The notes under the pieces are model-generated. The model was given only the letters and a program-made list of their open reading frames with translations, made no database searches and was not told where the DNA came from. From NCBI GenBank assembly GCA_028023455.1, contig JAQFVV010000001.1, positions 11,532,001 to 11,596,000 on the forward strand: a DNA stretch of 64,000 nt, read 5' to 3'. Position numbers and translations under genes: made by a program. Below are positions 48,524 to 62,259 of the stretch, in pieces (position 1 is the stretch's first letter; each line of letters opens with the position of its first letter). Source of the stretch: Epiperipatus broadwayi (lineage: Eukaryota > Animalia > Onychophora).

Positions 48524-50993
48524 AAATTTCTAGTTTTGTATGTATTTGTTTAAAATAAAATGTTTTACTATTTACTTGTTTTGTTTGTTTATTTTACATT
48601 ATATATATGAAGTAAAGAGTATACATGGTATCAATGAATCAATTTCTGTACAGGAAAAATTTAAATATATTTATATAATGAAACTTTATAGAAATTTATA
48701 ATTCAAATTTATTATCATTTTGATTAATAATAAATAATTTTGTAGTATTTCACCATCTTTTATCATTATTTGTAAATGATTGCATTATGATTTAGAAGTA
48801 TTAAAAATTTTTAATTTATTTTTTACAGAGATAATATAGATCAGGGCTTCTTAAATTAGGATTGTTTTTCTTCTTTTCCTTTTTCACTTTTCTGATGAGA
48901 GAATCGTGTAAAGATTATTGAGGTCACAGAAATATTTGAAAAGTTTTTTTTTAATAATTAGATAATTGGAAACTTTTTTTTATCTGCTAAAATGTTCATT
49001 AATTTCTTAATGAATTATGTTTTCTCTTTTAATAAATTCTATTAAATTTATTATAAATGTGTTGCACTTTATGAAAAGTTTTACTCAAACTTACCCACTA
49101 TTTTAGTATTTGTTGTAAATTAAATCATCAATGAGTGATTATATTTCATATTATTAGAATTGCATTTGTATCAGGATTGTAACACAATGTAAAGGATAAT
49201 TGAGTATTTAATTTTATTCAATTGTAGCTTTAACATCAATAGTTATTATATTTTGAAACAATTTGGGCCAACATAATGTACAATCTACTCATTTGATGGA
49301 GTTATATAATACTTATCATTGAATGAAATAAAAAGTAATAGATAAAAAATAGTGTCCACATTTATTTTTGAATTTATGGCTACAAAAATATATAAAATCA
49401 AGAAAATGATATAATTTGTAATAATAGTTAGTTTTTCATGACAATATCAATTATTTAACAAAATATATTGATGACAAATAAAAATTTCACAGAAATAGCA
49501 ATTTATAAGAAATGCCCACATTTATTCTTGATTTTACAGATACATGTATACATTAAATGAAGTCAAAAAAATAGTATATTTTGCAATAAAAAATATGCAT
49601 TAAATACATAAAAAAAATACAAAATGTAATCTGCACATGAAATGTGTACAGAATAAAAATAAATAATATTTAATATATACTTGTAGTCATAATAAATTCA
49701 AGCAAAAATATGTACATCATAATTTCTAGAAACATTTTTTATAGATTTACACTTCTATATAATGTTTTTTGTCATTGATATATTTTTTGCCAAATGGTAA
49801 ATAAATTTTTATTGCAAAATTTATTTTTTTAATTTTATTTAATGTATTCTTATTGTTGTAAATTCAAGAATAAATGCAGATATTTTATTTTTTATCAATT
49901 TTTTTCATTCACTTGGGTATAGATCAATCAACTGGAAAGATTGTACATTATATTAGCAACCATAATTTTGTTTAGTGTTGAATTAGTCATTTTTTCAACA
50001 AAAAAAATTTCATTATTTGGGTAATCTTGCTGTGTTAATGTGAATGTTCTAGTTGTTTGTTTATATTTATTAGAACAAGTATGAAATTCAGTCTTAACAC
50101 CATTGAAATTGTTTGGAGATCATCATTGTCAAATATTAAACTATATCTTGGTATATTGCTTTAAAATAAATTCAACTTATCTTTGAGTAAATTTCATTTA
50201 GGTCTTTAATTGAATGTATATTTAGTTACTGTTTGATTATGACAACTAATTTTACATCAACCCAGTATATATATATGCATTATTTTTATAACTAAATATA
50301 GAATCATCAAAAGATTTTGTGTTACAGTTAAAAAAGTTTAAGTAGACCTATTATAAAATAGCAATTGTAAATAGTCATTCAAATATAAAATAAATTGAAT
50401 GAAATCTTTTTTACATATTGTCTTTAAAGCCTCTGTTTTCTAACCATCTTCCACCCCCTCCCAATTGTAGTTAAATAATTTGACACAATAAAAAATATTT
50501 TATTCACTTGTTTATTTAAATAAACAAAAATGTATTAGTATAATTTTTGATTGCTCAAAATTACTAAATCTTTAAAATTTACATATGATTTTATTAAGAT
50601 AAAGATTTCTCCACCTATCTGAAGTTAGTAATATTGTGTCAAGGGTTGTGTATTTTAGGATAATTTGAAAATGAAATAGAATAAGAAAAATACGGTGTTC
50701 TCTCAACTGCAAATTGGAGTGTTGGACTGGTTATCAATCCACCTAAAAAATTTTGAACTATTAAAAATTCACTTGGCAGGTGAAAATAATTAAGCAATAA
50801 AGTATTGTGACCAATTACAAATAGAGTCATGAATAAAGAAAAATGGTGAAAAATAAAAGCAAAGAAAAAGAGTACTTGAATTTTGTGTCTTAGTTTCTGT
50901 ATTGAAAATCACATATATATATATATATTTCTCTAAAGCTGTGCTAGATCAACATGCAGTAGAAGTAATACTCATATTTATAAAGAAAACATT

Positions 50994-51294
50994 AAACCAT
51001 TAAGCATCACATGATCACCATCTCTTATACTAGAACAATTGTTTATAAACAATGAAAAACTCTCATACAGTAGTGCACCCTGTGGCAACCAGAGGGTTGC
51101 ATTAGATCCTAAGATCTAGGTGCAGTGCTCTCAGATCCAAAGCTCCTCACTGACGAAGGCCACAAGACAGAAACAAATCTGGGGATATTGGATGAATAGG
51201 CATTAGATAGGGATTTTATGCACAAGCCTTCTGGCATCCATTGATTACTCTGGTTGGCACATGGTGGTACTATTGTATGGAGAGTTTTGCCTTG
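50994..51294. mobile_element. Family R1 insertion with perfect 17-bp TSD
   Basis: TTTATAAAGAAAACATT at 50977-50993 and 51295-51311; short inverted arm, then a plus unit with CTCCTCA-CTGACGA-AGGCCACAAGACA-GAAA-CAAATC-TGGGGA. Confidence 0.85.
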
Positions 51295-53121
51295 TTTATA
51301 AAGAAAACATTTAAAATCAAAACAGCAATTTGAGATATAAATAAAAAATGTTAGAAAAATTGATAATAAAGAAAAAATATTGTTGATAAATTTTAATGAT
51401 TAGAATGGAAGGAGAAGTAGTATAAAGTAATCGATTCATATTTTGAGAATGATAATGACTCAAGCTTTATAAGTATAATGAAATAACTAATGATTTTTAT
51501 GAACATAAGACTACACATATTGAGAATTATTTCTTCTCATGTTAGCTGCAGAATAGTTTTCTTGTTAAATAGGAGTTTTGTTAGATTTAAGTTAAAAAAT
51601 TTTATTGTGAAATATTTTTATGGTTTGATTAATTATTTATTATTGAATCAAAATGGAATAATATTTATATGCATTATATATGTATAGAATGTAAAGTATT
51701 AATCAATGTTTTAATTTTGGATTTGTCATTATTTTCTAAATTTTTTTATTACTTTATTTATTAGATAACTTTATTAAATATTTTTCGAAATAATTTTTTT
51801 CTAATATCTTTATACTTCTATTTGTTTTTTGAATTATCAGTATGTATGACTGCTTTCATTATAGATTTGTGCTTTAAGGGATATGTAGATTGTTCCAGTG
51901 AAATTATTTAAAGAATAAATTATATATATATTGTATTTTGTTCACAATCTCTAGTATTCTCGTTTGTGTGAACACCTAGATGGCTCTCTGTATCATTATT
52001 TGGATAATGCTAAGGTCATCAAAAACATTATTTAAAGTCTACATACTTTATAGATTTGATTCGTTTATTGACAACCAGTACATTTATGGTATTCTATGGC
52101 TCAGAGCATTAATGATCATCCTCAGATTTTATAATTCATTTGTATATACTCATTTTCAAATAAAACTTATGGATTAACATGATTAATTTGCTGTCATTAA
52201 TTCTTTTGAAATAATAAATTTATTATTTGTATTAGAATTTTTTTAAAAAAAATAATATATGAAATTTCTGGTATGTGTATGTATTTGCATTTGCTAAATA
52301 TCACATACACTTTCATTCATTCCACAATCATTCTAAAGATTTACAATCGAGGCAAAATTATGTTCTAATATTTTTATAACTATTGTGTTCCCATATTTAC
52401 ATAAATTTTAATAATTGATCCCACCAAAGAAATTACTAAAATAACCTAACTAGTAATTTTGTTTTTACTATTTATTATTACTATTTACCTCCATTAATTT
52501 GTATACTGAGACTTAGTCTCAATATGGTTACAAAATACTCAAAGTCTAGAATAGATAATTTCAAAATTTTAAATCAATTCAAGTTAATGGTCTAAGGGTA
52601 CAGAGGGGAATAATTGATTTCATTAGTATATAATACCTAAAGACATAAAAGCAAAGCAATGTTTTATCTGAAATATAATATTAAGAATTTGATATATAAC
52701 AATATAAAGAATTTATCTATAAAAAGAATAGATTAAATTAATTAAAATGTTCAGAGATATTTTTTGAAATGAACAAAATATTCAAAGTATATAAGAAACT
52801 CCAAAAAGAATATTGAATTCAGAACTAATGTTATGTTTAAAAAAATCAAGTTAATAAAAGATAGATATAAAAGAGAAGTGATGCTAGAAAAGAATAAATG
52901 ATAAAATGCTACAAAACAAATATAGTATTAGCTAGAAATAAAAAACAAAAAAAAGGAAAATATTTACTAGCTTACAATTGGCTACCCTTATAATTTTTTT
53001 TGTTTCATTGTTCCTCTTTGGGTCCTTTTCAGAACTTTATTTTTAAAACTATTTTTAGAAAAAGTATAAAAATTTACAAGGAACATCAGGAAAAAAACCA
53101 GTTCATATAAAATCAATCTTA

Positions 53122-54403
53122 AACCATTAAACATCACATGATTACTATTCTTTATGCTTACACACTGTTTACACAGAGGCAAAATTCTCCATACAGTAGT
53201 GCCACTTGGTGCATTAATCAATGGATGTCAGAAGGCTTGTGGCTTTCATCAGTGACGAGCCTTGGAACTGAGAGCACTGCACCTAGATCTTAGGATCTAA
53301 TGCAACCCTCCAGCAGTCACCTTTTACCTTATTAGCTAACTATAAAGCTTTCAGTCCAAAATGAAAACACAATAATGTTTTCAATTCAAGCTCATTAGCT
53401 TGTATAGTCATATAGATTTGAATTCAGTTCAGCATCCATACTTTTTGTTGTCTTTGGTTCTTTAATAACCACAGCACCATAATCCTTTTGGGCATAGTAG
53501 GTATTAAGCCATTAAACATCACATGATCACCATTCTTTGTGCTTACACAAACAGTTTATGCAGAGGCTAAACTCTCTATACAGTAGCACTACTCAGTACA
53601 AGCCAGAGTAATCAATGGATGCAAAAAAGGTTTGTACATAAAATCTATCTGGTGCCTACTCATCCAATATCCCAGACTAGTTTCTAGCTTATGGTTTTCA
53701 TCAGTAAGGAGCCTTGAATCTGAGAACACTGCATAATAGATCTTAGGTTCTAATACAACCCTCCATCCAGCCATCTTTTACCATTAGATCCTAAGATCTA
53801 GGTGCAATGTTCTCAGATCCAAGGCTTCTCACTGATGAATGCCAGAAGCTAGAAACTAGTCAGGATATTGAATGAATATGCACTAGATAGGGATTTTATG
53901 CACAAACCTTCTTGCATCCATTGATTACTCTGGTTTGCACTTAGTGGTGCTACTGTATGGAGAATTCCAGTCTGTGTAAACAGCTTGTGTAAGCATAAAG
54001 AATGTTGATCATATGATGTTTAGTGGTTTAATACTAATCCTGCCCAATAGGATTATGGTGTGGTTATTAAAGAACCAAGGATGCTGAACTGAGTTCAGAT
54101 CTATAGGACTATACAAGATAATGAGTTTGAATTGAAAATGTTGTGTTTTCATTTTGGATTCAAAGCTTTATAGCTCACTAATAAGGTAGAAGGTGGGTGC
54201 TGGAGGGTTATATTAGATCCTAAGAACTAGTGCAGTGCACTCATACCCAAGGCTCCTCACGGATGAAAGCCACAAGCTAGAAATTAGTCTGGGGATATTG
54301 GACAAGTAGGCACTAGATAGGGATTTTATGCACAAGCCTTCTTACATCCATTGACTACTGCGGTTGCATTGAGTGGTGCTACTGTATGAAGAGTTAGCCT
54401 CAG
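53122..54403. mobile_element. Largest family R1 insertion (1.28 kb): two minus units and two plus units, 16-bp TSD
   Basis: TATAAAATCAATCTTA (53106-53121) / TATAAAATCAGTCTTA (54404-54419). Hammerhead CTGATGA boxes at 53252 (-), 53704 (-), 53832 (+) and 54260 (+, CGGATGA); spacings 452 and 428 nt. Confidence 0.88.
53825..53861 (+). ncRNA. Minimal type-I hammerhead motif (core intact, 2-nt deletion in the stem I 3' strand)
   Basis: CTTCTCA-CTGATGA-ATGCCAGAAGCTA-GAAA-CTA-GTC. Confidence 0.55.
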
Positions 54404-54984
54404 TATAAAATCAGTCTTACATAAAGATTAAAAAATGCTTGCTAACTGGAAAAGATCTCAGTATATCAAAAATAATGCAAACAGATTTGATTATTCAGTG
54501 AGAGGAAATAGTAGTAACAAACTAAGTGATTATGCCAATTGGGTTACTTCAAAATAAAATAGATTGTGGTCTTAAAAGTATATATATTGATATGATTAAG
54601 TGTGGCATAGAAATTTTTTTAAGAATACTTATATAATTAATAAATAGTTGAAATACCAAATAAGAAAAATGTCAGTAATAAGTATGTCACAGGATTAAGT
54701 TTAAAAAAAACTATCAAGATACCTTTAAAGAATTTGATATTATTATTACATTGATAGAATCTCTTCAAGGTCTCTATGAAGATTTTAAAGATGTATAAAA
54801 ATAGGAAGCTATTTTTCAGAACCATTTGTAACATCCAATGGTTTAAAATACAATTACTGTATATTTCCAACACTTTTTATGATATGCAAAACTAAAGAAA
54901 TGAGAATGTGGAAAATATAAGAGTACAACCAAACAATGCTGTCTTCAAATTTGTAAAATGACAGCTAATAATAGCAAATAAAAA

Positions 54985-55350
54985 AAATTATAAATATTTA
55001 GGAATAATATTTGATTAAGATGGCTCTGTTGTTAACAAGATAAATATAAGGTTAATATCAGCTACTATGATAGTTTCTGAAAATACAATCATTTGGAGTA
55101 GAGAAAAAAAACTAAGAAACATTGGTCAAAGTAATTCTTTTTATTGGATCTAAATTCTGGAGAAAAATATAGAAATATCAAAGAAGGAAATTTTATTGGA
55201 CAATATAGACTTTAAATGTTATGAATTTACTCTTTTTATTGACAATATATCTTTAAGAAAATACTAATCTGTTTAGACAAAAATAACTGGATGGAATATA
55301 AAGAATCAAATTGATTGGTTTCAATAATGAAAATAAGAATTAGATCATGA
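54985..55350 (+). mobile_element. Very decayed LINE RT C-terminal fragment
   Basis: YKYLGIIFD*DGSVVNKINIRL resembles the F.YLG...DG....I..R motif after the RT core. Boundaries are approximate. Confidence 0.5.
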
Positions 55351-56139
55351 ATTCGTCATGTATAAGTTTTAAAAAAAAAATACAATTTCATCTAACATTT
55401 TGAATATGATGTAGATAATGTCTATAATGTTTAGAAAAGCATCAAAAATCACTTTAAGATTTTGAATATAATTGGTAATCAATTTAACATTTTGAATATA
55501 ATTGATGGTGAATCAATCAAATATGGATATAAAAGACTTCTTTAAAAATAAGTGTGAGAAAAATTAGAATAAGATGAATAAATTAGAAAAATTAATATCA
55601 CTTAGATACAATAGCAATTGGAAAAAAAGATAAAAAATTTTGAAGGAATTAATAGGAAAGATATGCAGCAATATTATTATAATAATATTTGCAAAGGTGT
55701 TGAAAGTGAAAATAAGTTTTGTTTGAACAATCGACAGCTATTTTTTAGAAGATTCTTTGATCAAAGGCAATTTTCTGCCATGATAGATAGTCAGTATATT
55801 ACCAATGTAAAGATTATAACTAAAGTACTAAAAACTCTTTGATAAAATATTTTATATAGTAAATAATAAAAAATGAAGTCAGATTGTGACATTATTACCA
55901 AAAAGACAGATTGATTCTCCTAAAACAGAATAATCATTAAAAGTCCAATTCAAATTTTGGTAAATATGAAAAACTATTCAATAGCTTTCCAAGTGCAATT
56001 ACTATTCCTATACCAAAGAAAAGTGTTGCCTTTATATGTGAACTATCATAAAATGTTATATAATGCACAATATATCATTTCTCAGCAAGATTGTCATTAA
56101 ATATATATTATAAAATTTAAATTAAAAGAGAGATACTAT

Positions 56140-57180
56140 CTGAATATGGAAAATTTTGATGACTATCATTATAGATTATAATTAAAAAGGTCCTAGAATA
56201 TCAGAAAAAAATGTGCTTTATTGATTACAATAAGGTTTTTGATTCAATTAATCATTCTAAATCATAGAGACACTGCATGATTTAGGGTAATAGCAGACTC
56301 TCAGACTTAACTATGGATTGTGAGTTGCTGCTGTTACTATGGTGCTCAAACATCTTATGAACTGCACAATAAATCTTTTAAGTATTATTAATCATGTAAT
56401 ATTCTTATAAAAGTGGTTGTATCGGAATGTTTTATATAAGGGATTAGAAACTCCCATTAAAATGGATAGTTGTGAAACTGACTGTTTTTATATTGATAAT
56501 AAAGTTATACAAAGCTATATACTGTTATGCTGCCTAATGAATATTATATTAGATATATTAGGAGGGAAGTTATATTGAATAAAAATACATGTGGATTTCG
56601 TAATGATAAAAAAATGTTTAGAAATGTGAATGATATCTAATTTATAGCTGAAAATACAATATTTTCAAGCAGTTCATTAGAAAAATTAAACAGCAGATTG
56701 AAAAAATGAAATTATTGCTAAACCTAAAGAAAACAATATATGTGATGACTACAGCAATTGATTTCAAATAGCAAATGAAGACATAGATATAGTTGAAAGT
56801 TTTGGATCCAGAGATTATCTCAAGATTAACAATGAATAAAGTTATAATGAAAATTTTTGAAAAATATTTAAATATAAAAATGCTTATTTAAGGGGGGGGG
56901 GGATATGGAAATATTCAGGCTATGATATGTGTTGTTATTCTCTATGGATCTGAAAATTGGTCATTGCCTTTTGAAATGTGGTGTTCATTAAAACATTTGT
57001 GAATTTTATGAATATCACAGAAACTCAATGAGGAATTAATTGATTGGATTAGACTCAAATTTCCACTTGCACCACAAATAATCATGTTAAAATTATCATA
57101 CTGTAGGCAAAGTGCATAGAATAATTGGTAGTAAAAGAAGAGGATAGTCATCATTCAGAAAGATGGACTTATCATAATAA
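56140..57180 (+). mobile_element. Decayed RTE (BovB-like) LINE RT to 3' end
   Basis: EYQKKMCFIDYNKVFDSINHSK; LLLNLKKTIY; VILYGSENW; AFEMWC; GSKRRG..RW. These follow BovB-type motif order. Confidence 0.7.
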
Positions 57181-57316
57181 TAAGAAGTACAATTCTGAGC
57201 TTATTGGAAATTCAAACTTTAGGAGTCACTGTCAACTTAATAATAGAAATATTCATTAAAAAAACATATATTAAACTAAATATATAGTAACTAAATGTAT
57301 ATTAAACTAAAATGTC

Positions 57317-57570
57317 TAGTGTTTTCCTGAAGATTTGTGATGATAGCATTTTAATAGTAGTTATATCTTGGATTATTTCCATCATCTAACTTTAAATATT
57401 GAATGCCTCTAGAAAAAATTTCAAAACTTTCTAATTATATTCAACTTTTAATAATATTACACTACTAACCTAAGTGCTATTATTAACAGTTGAATTAATT
57501 GGAAAGTTTACAAATTTTTCTAAAGACATTCAATATTTAAAGTTAGATGATAGAAATATTCCAACTTTAA
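57317..57570. mobile_element. Second, shorter copy of inverted-arm family R2
   Basis: TAGTGTTTTCCTGAAGATTTGTGATGAT..TATTTCCATCATCTAA and its inverse TTTTTCTAAAGACATTCAAT..TTAGATGATAGAAATA match 17262-17350 and 17760-17805. Confidence 0.7.
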
Positions 57571-57883
57571 CTAATTAGAAATTTTTTTTTTAAAAAAAAA
57601 AAATCATCTAATTTATCATTAAATCCTAAAATAAATTTTAAAAAAAATCTTTTAATAAATTTTATTTATATACATTTAAGAGAAAGATTATAGTCCATTA
57701 TTATATTTTATTACAAAACCAATGCAAAAGTAACTAAAAATTAACTTTAATGAATCAATTTACATCACATTTGGAAAATGAAATTATTATAAGTTTTTAT
57801 TTAGCTTCTGTTCTATTTCATGGCTGTTAAGAGACAAAATATAAATTTGAAGCAAAAACACAATTTATAAAGCATATTCTTAC

Positions 57884-57993
57884 CTGGCAGTCCTATACCT
57901 CTTCAAATTTTTAACTTTCCTTCGTGGAATACCAATATATTGTCCAAATATATTTGGGATATAGTTATATTCTGCCTCAATGTAGAAGTACAT
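57884..57993 (-). CDS. Candidate coding exon of an unidentified gene (MYFYIEAEYNYIPNIFGQYIGIPRRKVKNLKRYRTA, phase 2)
   Basis: Strong CCAG|GTAAGA donor at 57883; only one frame is open up to it, starting at an ATG; locally higher GC. No homology recognised. Confidence 0.35.
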
Positions 57994-58375
57994 ATATTTT
58001 TATTCAAAGTATACTCTATGAAATTATTCTAACTTCTATGTTTCCAAATTAAACCTTAATTCTATTTTTAATTATATAATTTATGTATATTTCATTTATT
58101 TTACCAACTACACATTGTAATCAGATCAAATATATAATGAATAGTCAAACTGAATAAAAATCTTGATCTGAATATTTAAATATTTTACTTACCTTCCAAT
58201 TCCAAAGAGACTTATTCAATGTTTTTGTCCTTTATTAAGCTTTTTTTTATGTGGTATACAATTATTTGAAAGTAATCTTTTATATATATTTTTCTTACAT
58301 ATACTGTTGATTTTTAGGTTATCACAATTCTTTAAAAATATTGAAAGGCTTGCAGATGAACATCAAGTCAACATT

Positions 58376-58722
58376 TAATTAATTGAGATTGCACTTTACG
58401 CAAAAAAGTGAAGCTTGTCTAAATCTTACAAAGTTATATGGCTTAGCGCTTTTGGAGACCTTGAGTTTCCATAATCATAGCCTACTTTTAACTGAAGTTT
58501 AGCTGTGGTTTATGTAAAATTTTATGCAAATTTTATAATGACCATTTTCTGGAGATTGCAAAGCACGATTCTGGTTTATTGCACAATTGTCATTTGCAAT
58601 AAAACACGCCTCTTTAATTTTTCATTTCACATCATAAGGTCTCCGAAAGCACTAAGCCATATAACTTTGTAAGATTTAGACAAGCTTCACTTTTTTGCGT
58701 AAAGCGCAATCTCAATTAATTA
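58376..58722. mobile_element. MITE with ~88-bp near-perfect terminal inverted repeats
   Basis: TAATTAATTGAGATTGCACTTTACGCAAAAAAGTGAAGCTTGTC...GGAGACCTT mirrored by AAGGTCTCC...GACAAGCTTCACTTTTTTGCGTAAAGCGCAATCTCAATTAATTA. The TSD (TA or TTAA) is ambiguous. Confidence 0.85.
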
Positions 58723-61474
58723 CTAATCAAAGGTGAAGTAAAAACTATTATTTTATTTCAATCATTTAATATAAGTTCTCTCGATTATTAATTGTTTAAT
58801 ATATAACAAATGTTTACTATCATGTCTGTTCTACCAAATATATTTTTTAATAATAAAATCTAAAAAAATTCAGAGAAATTGACTACATACTTTACTACCC
58901 CATTTTCCATAAACTACATCCAATTGAAAAAATAAAGTCAATCTCATTCTAAAATGTTTGCTGTAGTATTACTTTTCTTATATGCTTTTGAAGAGATGTC
59001 ATTTCCAATCAATATATTTTTACTATGGTTGTCATACTACATGTCTACTCTGTAGTATACATGCTCTTTAATTAATTATTAGCTGCCTCAAAGCACTGAC
59101 AATAATCCATGCAAATATAATAGCCATCTGACATATTTATACTGTAGCAGAAGCATTTAATAATTGTAAAATACTGTAATCTTCTTTAATCAAATGTACA
59201 TTTGAATCTGATGAATAAGATCAGATGTAAAAAGAATAATGTTTTGATTGCTATTAACGATAATGATTCAAGACGTATAAATTTTATTTTTTATGTTGGC
59301 TATTGTGTTGCAAAACACAATAAGTGACAATTTGCAAAATACAAACATTTTTCTCAAGATTATTTCAAAGAACTTAAAAAAGAAATAATATATAAGAGGA
59401 ATTTTAATTTATATAAATATTTAATTTTAAAGTATTTTATGATAAGTTTGAGTATATCTTTCTTAGATAGCACATATATAAGTAATTCAATGCTTTGGCT
59501 ATTGTTTGTTTATTTATTGAGAAAATAGTGTCTCACTATTTATTTATTGTAGAATCTGAAGTAAATGAAAAGAATGCTGTTCTTATATTATCAATTTCTA
59601 TCTGGATTTTATGAAATCTAACACAGCTAATGAAATATACATGATAGCAATGCATAATAGGTTAATTATGTTTGTATGGATTATTGAAAGTGTTCCAAGA
59701 TGATAGTGCAAGTGATTGTCAATTATTTTCATACAATACAGCAGCTGTAGTAAAAATGTATTGGACATGATAATTGGAGCTAATATTTCAAAAATTTATT
59801 TATATATAATTTAAGATGCATTAACCTATTTATTACATTTCTTGGCACAACCTTTTCAAGCTAGTTACTATTGCTAAACCTGGCAAAGAATGTGTTGAAT
59901 TGGACCATCAAGCATTCCACTCATGTAGATACTATTAGTAGTTAGATCTCTTAGTTCTCCCAATGTTTGTACTTATGCTGTATAAAAATTAAAGTGTGAG
60001 AATATTTCTTATTTATTCCAAACTTTATGATTTCTCAATAAACAATTATTAATGAATATAACCAAAGCATTAAATTGAAAGCCCCAAAACTCATATTTTC
60101 TGATATAGCTATAATTTTCTGTATAAACTTTCTTATAAAATACGTTTAAATAAAATACTTTATTGCATACAATTTAAATTCTTTTTAAATATTGTTTCTT
60201 TCATTAAATCCTTTAATGTAGTTTGTATTTTGCAGCATAACTTCCTAATATAAAAATAAAACTTAAACATGTTTTGGATCACAATCATTTGTAGCACCCA
60301 AAGCATTACTCATCTTACTTATCAATTTTTGCATTTATATTTGAGTTTTAAAAAGTACAACTTCTTGGAATTATTAAACAATTGTCTAAAGAAAGATCTT
60401 AATATTATTTGTAGACCTGTCCAGAAAATGTGGTCAACTAGCTAATTCATTTTTTCCAATTAAAATTGTAAGGACACAACAAATAATAAACCATATCAGC
60501 TCTTAAAGTTAATATAAAAACAAATACTCTACAAAGATATATGTTATAAATGTTTTATTAAAAATGATTTTATTTAAAAGTAGGTATTTCAAATATAAAT
60601 AAAATTCTCTTAAATATTACTAAGAAAAAAATGTAAAATATTTTTTCTGCTGTCACTTTTATATATTTTAATTTCTTTATTATTATAATAAAAAGAGTTT
60701 AAATTTGTAAATTGTTTTTAAAATATATATCTAAAATACAAGGAATAAATCCTTTATGTTGCTTTTGCAAATTAAAAATAAATTCTAGATATAATAAAAT
60801 ATTTTTATCTAACAACAAAATGATATATGACAATAGCTGTAATATAGTCATATAATCATCACAAATAAAAATAACATATAAAAGCTCTTTTCGGCAAATT
60901 TTAAATTTTTACCCTTTTCAATATGGCTTAATTACAAAAATAACCTATACTGCATACATAGTGACATCTACCGGCTCTATATAAAATTAACACAAGCCTA
61001 TAATTACACTTCAATATCTTTATAATAACACATTATACAACCCTCCATTCATTTTACATTATCCAATTATTAGTTAAATTAATTGAAATATATATGTATT
61101 GTGTTCATTAAAAAATAAGCGTAATTTAAGAAATCTAGTATGTAAATGTACAAGTATTACGTATAATGTGATAGACAAATTTAAATATATATTTATATAT
61201 GTATTAAAATGTACAAATTATGTGAGCATATATGTTTGGATATTACGGCTCTAATGAAGGCCAGTTGAAACTGTTAGAAAATATCAAAAAATAATGCATT
61301 ATAAAACATGACTATAGCAAGTGTATTAAATAAGATGTTAAATAATTATTTAACAAATTTTGCTTTTAAAATAATTTATTTATAAATCATTTTTTATTTT
61401 TATCATGATTACATAATAGTAGGCTCTTATTTATAAAAAATGCTGAAAAAATATTTTAATGCATTTTTAAATTT

Positions 61475-62259
61475 TTATTTATTTATTAATGTCATATTAT
61501 TTTCTTGGATAGCTGGCCTGAGAGAAATACTTTGATTTTCAAGTAAAATAATTAACTTATTGCAAAGATTTTTCAGTGGAACAATTAAATTATGCGGTAC
61601 TGAAGAATTGTTTTTATTTCTGTTGTGAAAAAATGATTCCTGATATTGGCTAATGGGATGTTTGCTAAATTGATAATTTTTGAATAAGGTTGAATTTCTA
61701 TTTGTTAATTTAGACATACTTGCCTGATTGGTTCGATAACTTGAAAACCATTTATCAGGTAAACAATTTAAATCTTTACAAAGAGTTTGTTGAGCAAAAT
61801 TATTATAAGTTGGTATAAACAGAAGTGGGTTCGATACTTCACTTTCTAATAAAAATGTGACATTACTTTCATTTGAAGTGCTCATTAAAGAAGTTTCACC
61901 AAATTGAGTTTTCTCTTCACTTATTGATGTACTGCAATCTGTTGTTTTATTCTTCTGGGAACCTTCTTGAATCAAAGAACTGTTAGATATAGTTTCGCAT
62001 GATTTGCAGTTGACTTCAGTCAAGGAATTCGTTTTAGAATAAGTGTTTTCCAAATTCTCTTTATTTTCTAATATATCTTGTTTGATATTTTTCAAAAATT
62101 TACTTTTTTCAGGTAAATTATCTTCTAAATTAACTTTTGAATTTTTTATATTACTGTCAAAATACTTATTGCTTTTTAAACTATGGTTAGAAATTTTTAA
62201 ATTTTCTTTAGAATCTTGTTCTTTTTCTTTTGACATTGAAGCATTCTTTTTAAGAAAAT
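61475..62259 (-). CDS. Large, probably terminal exon of an unidentified host gene (low-complexity S/N/K/E-rich, ~261 aa)
   Basis: An ORF this long is unlikely by chance at this AT content. Acceptor TTTTTTATTGTTGTAG ends at 62260 (phase 1); stop at 61475-61477 with AATAAA motifs around it. Upstream exons were not identified. Confidence 0.7.

Noticed and set aside
45900-50900. Short track ORFs (46118, 47129, 50639) and similar 60-78 aa ORFs across AT-rich stretches
   Set aside because: F/I/L/K-rich composition typical of chance ORFs in very AT-rich DNA; no splice or homology support.
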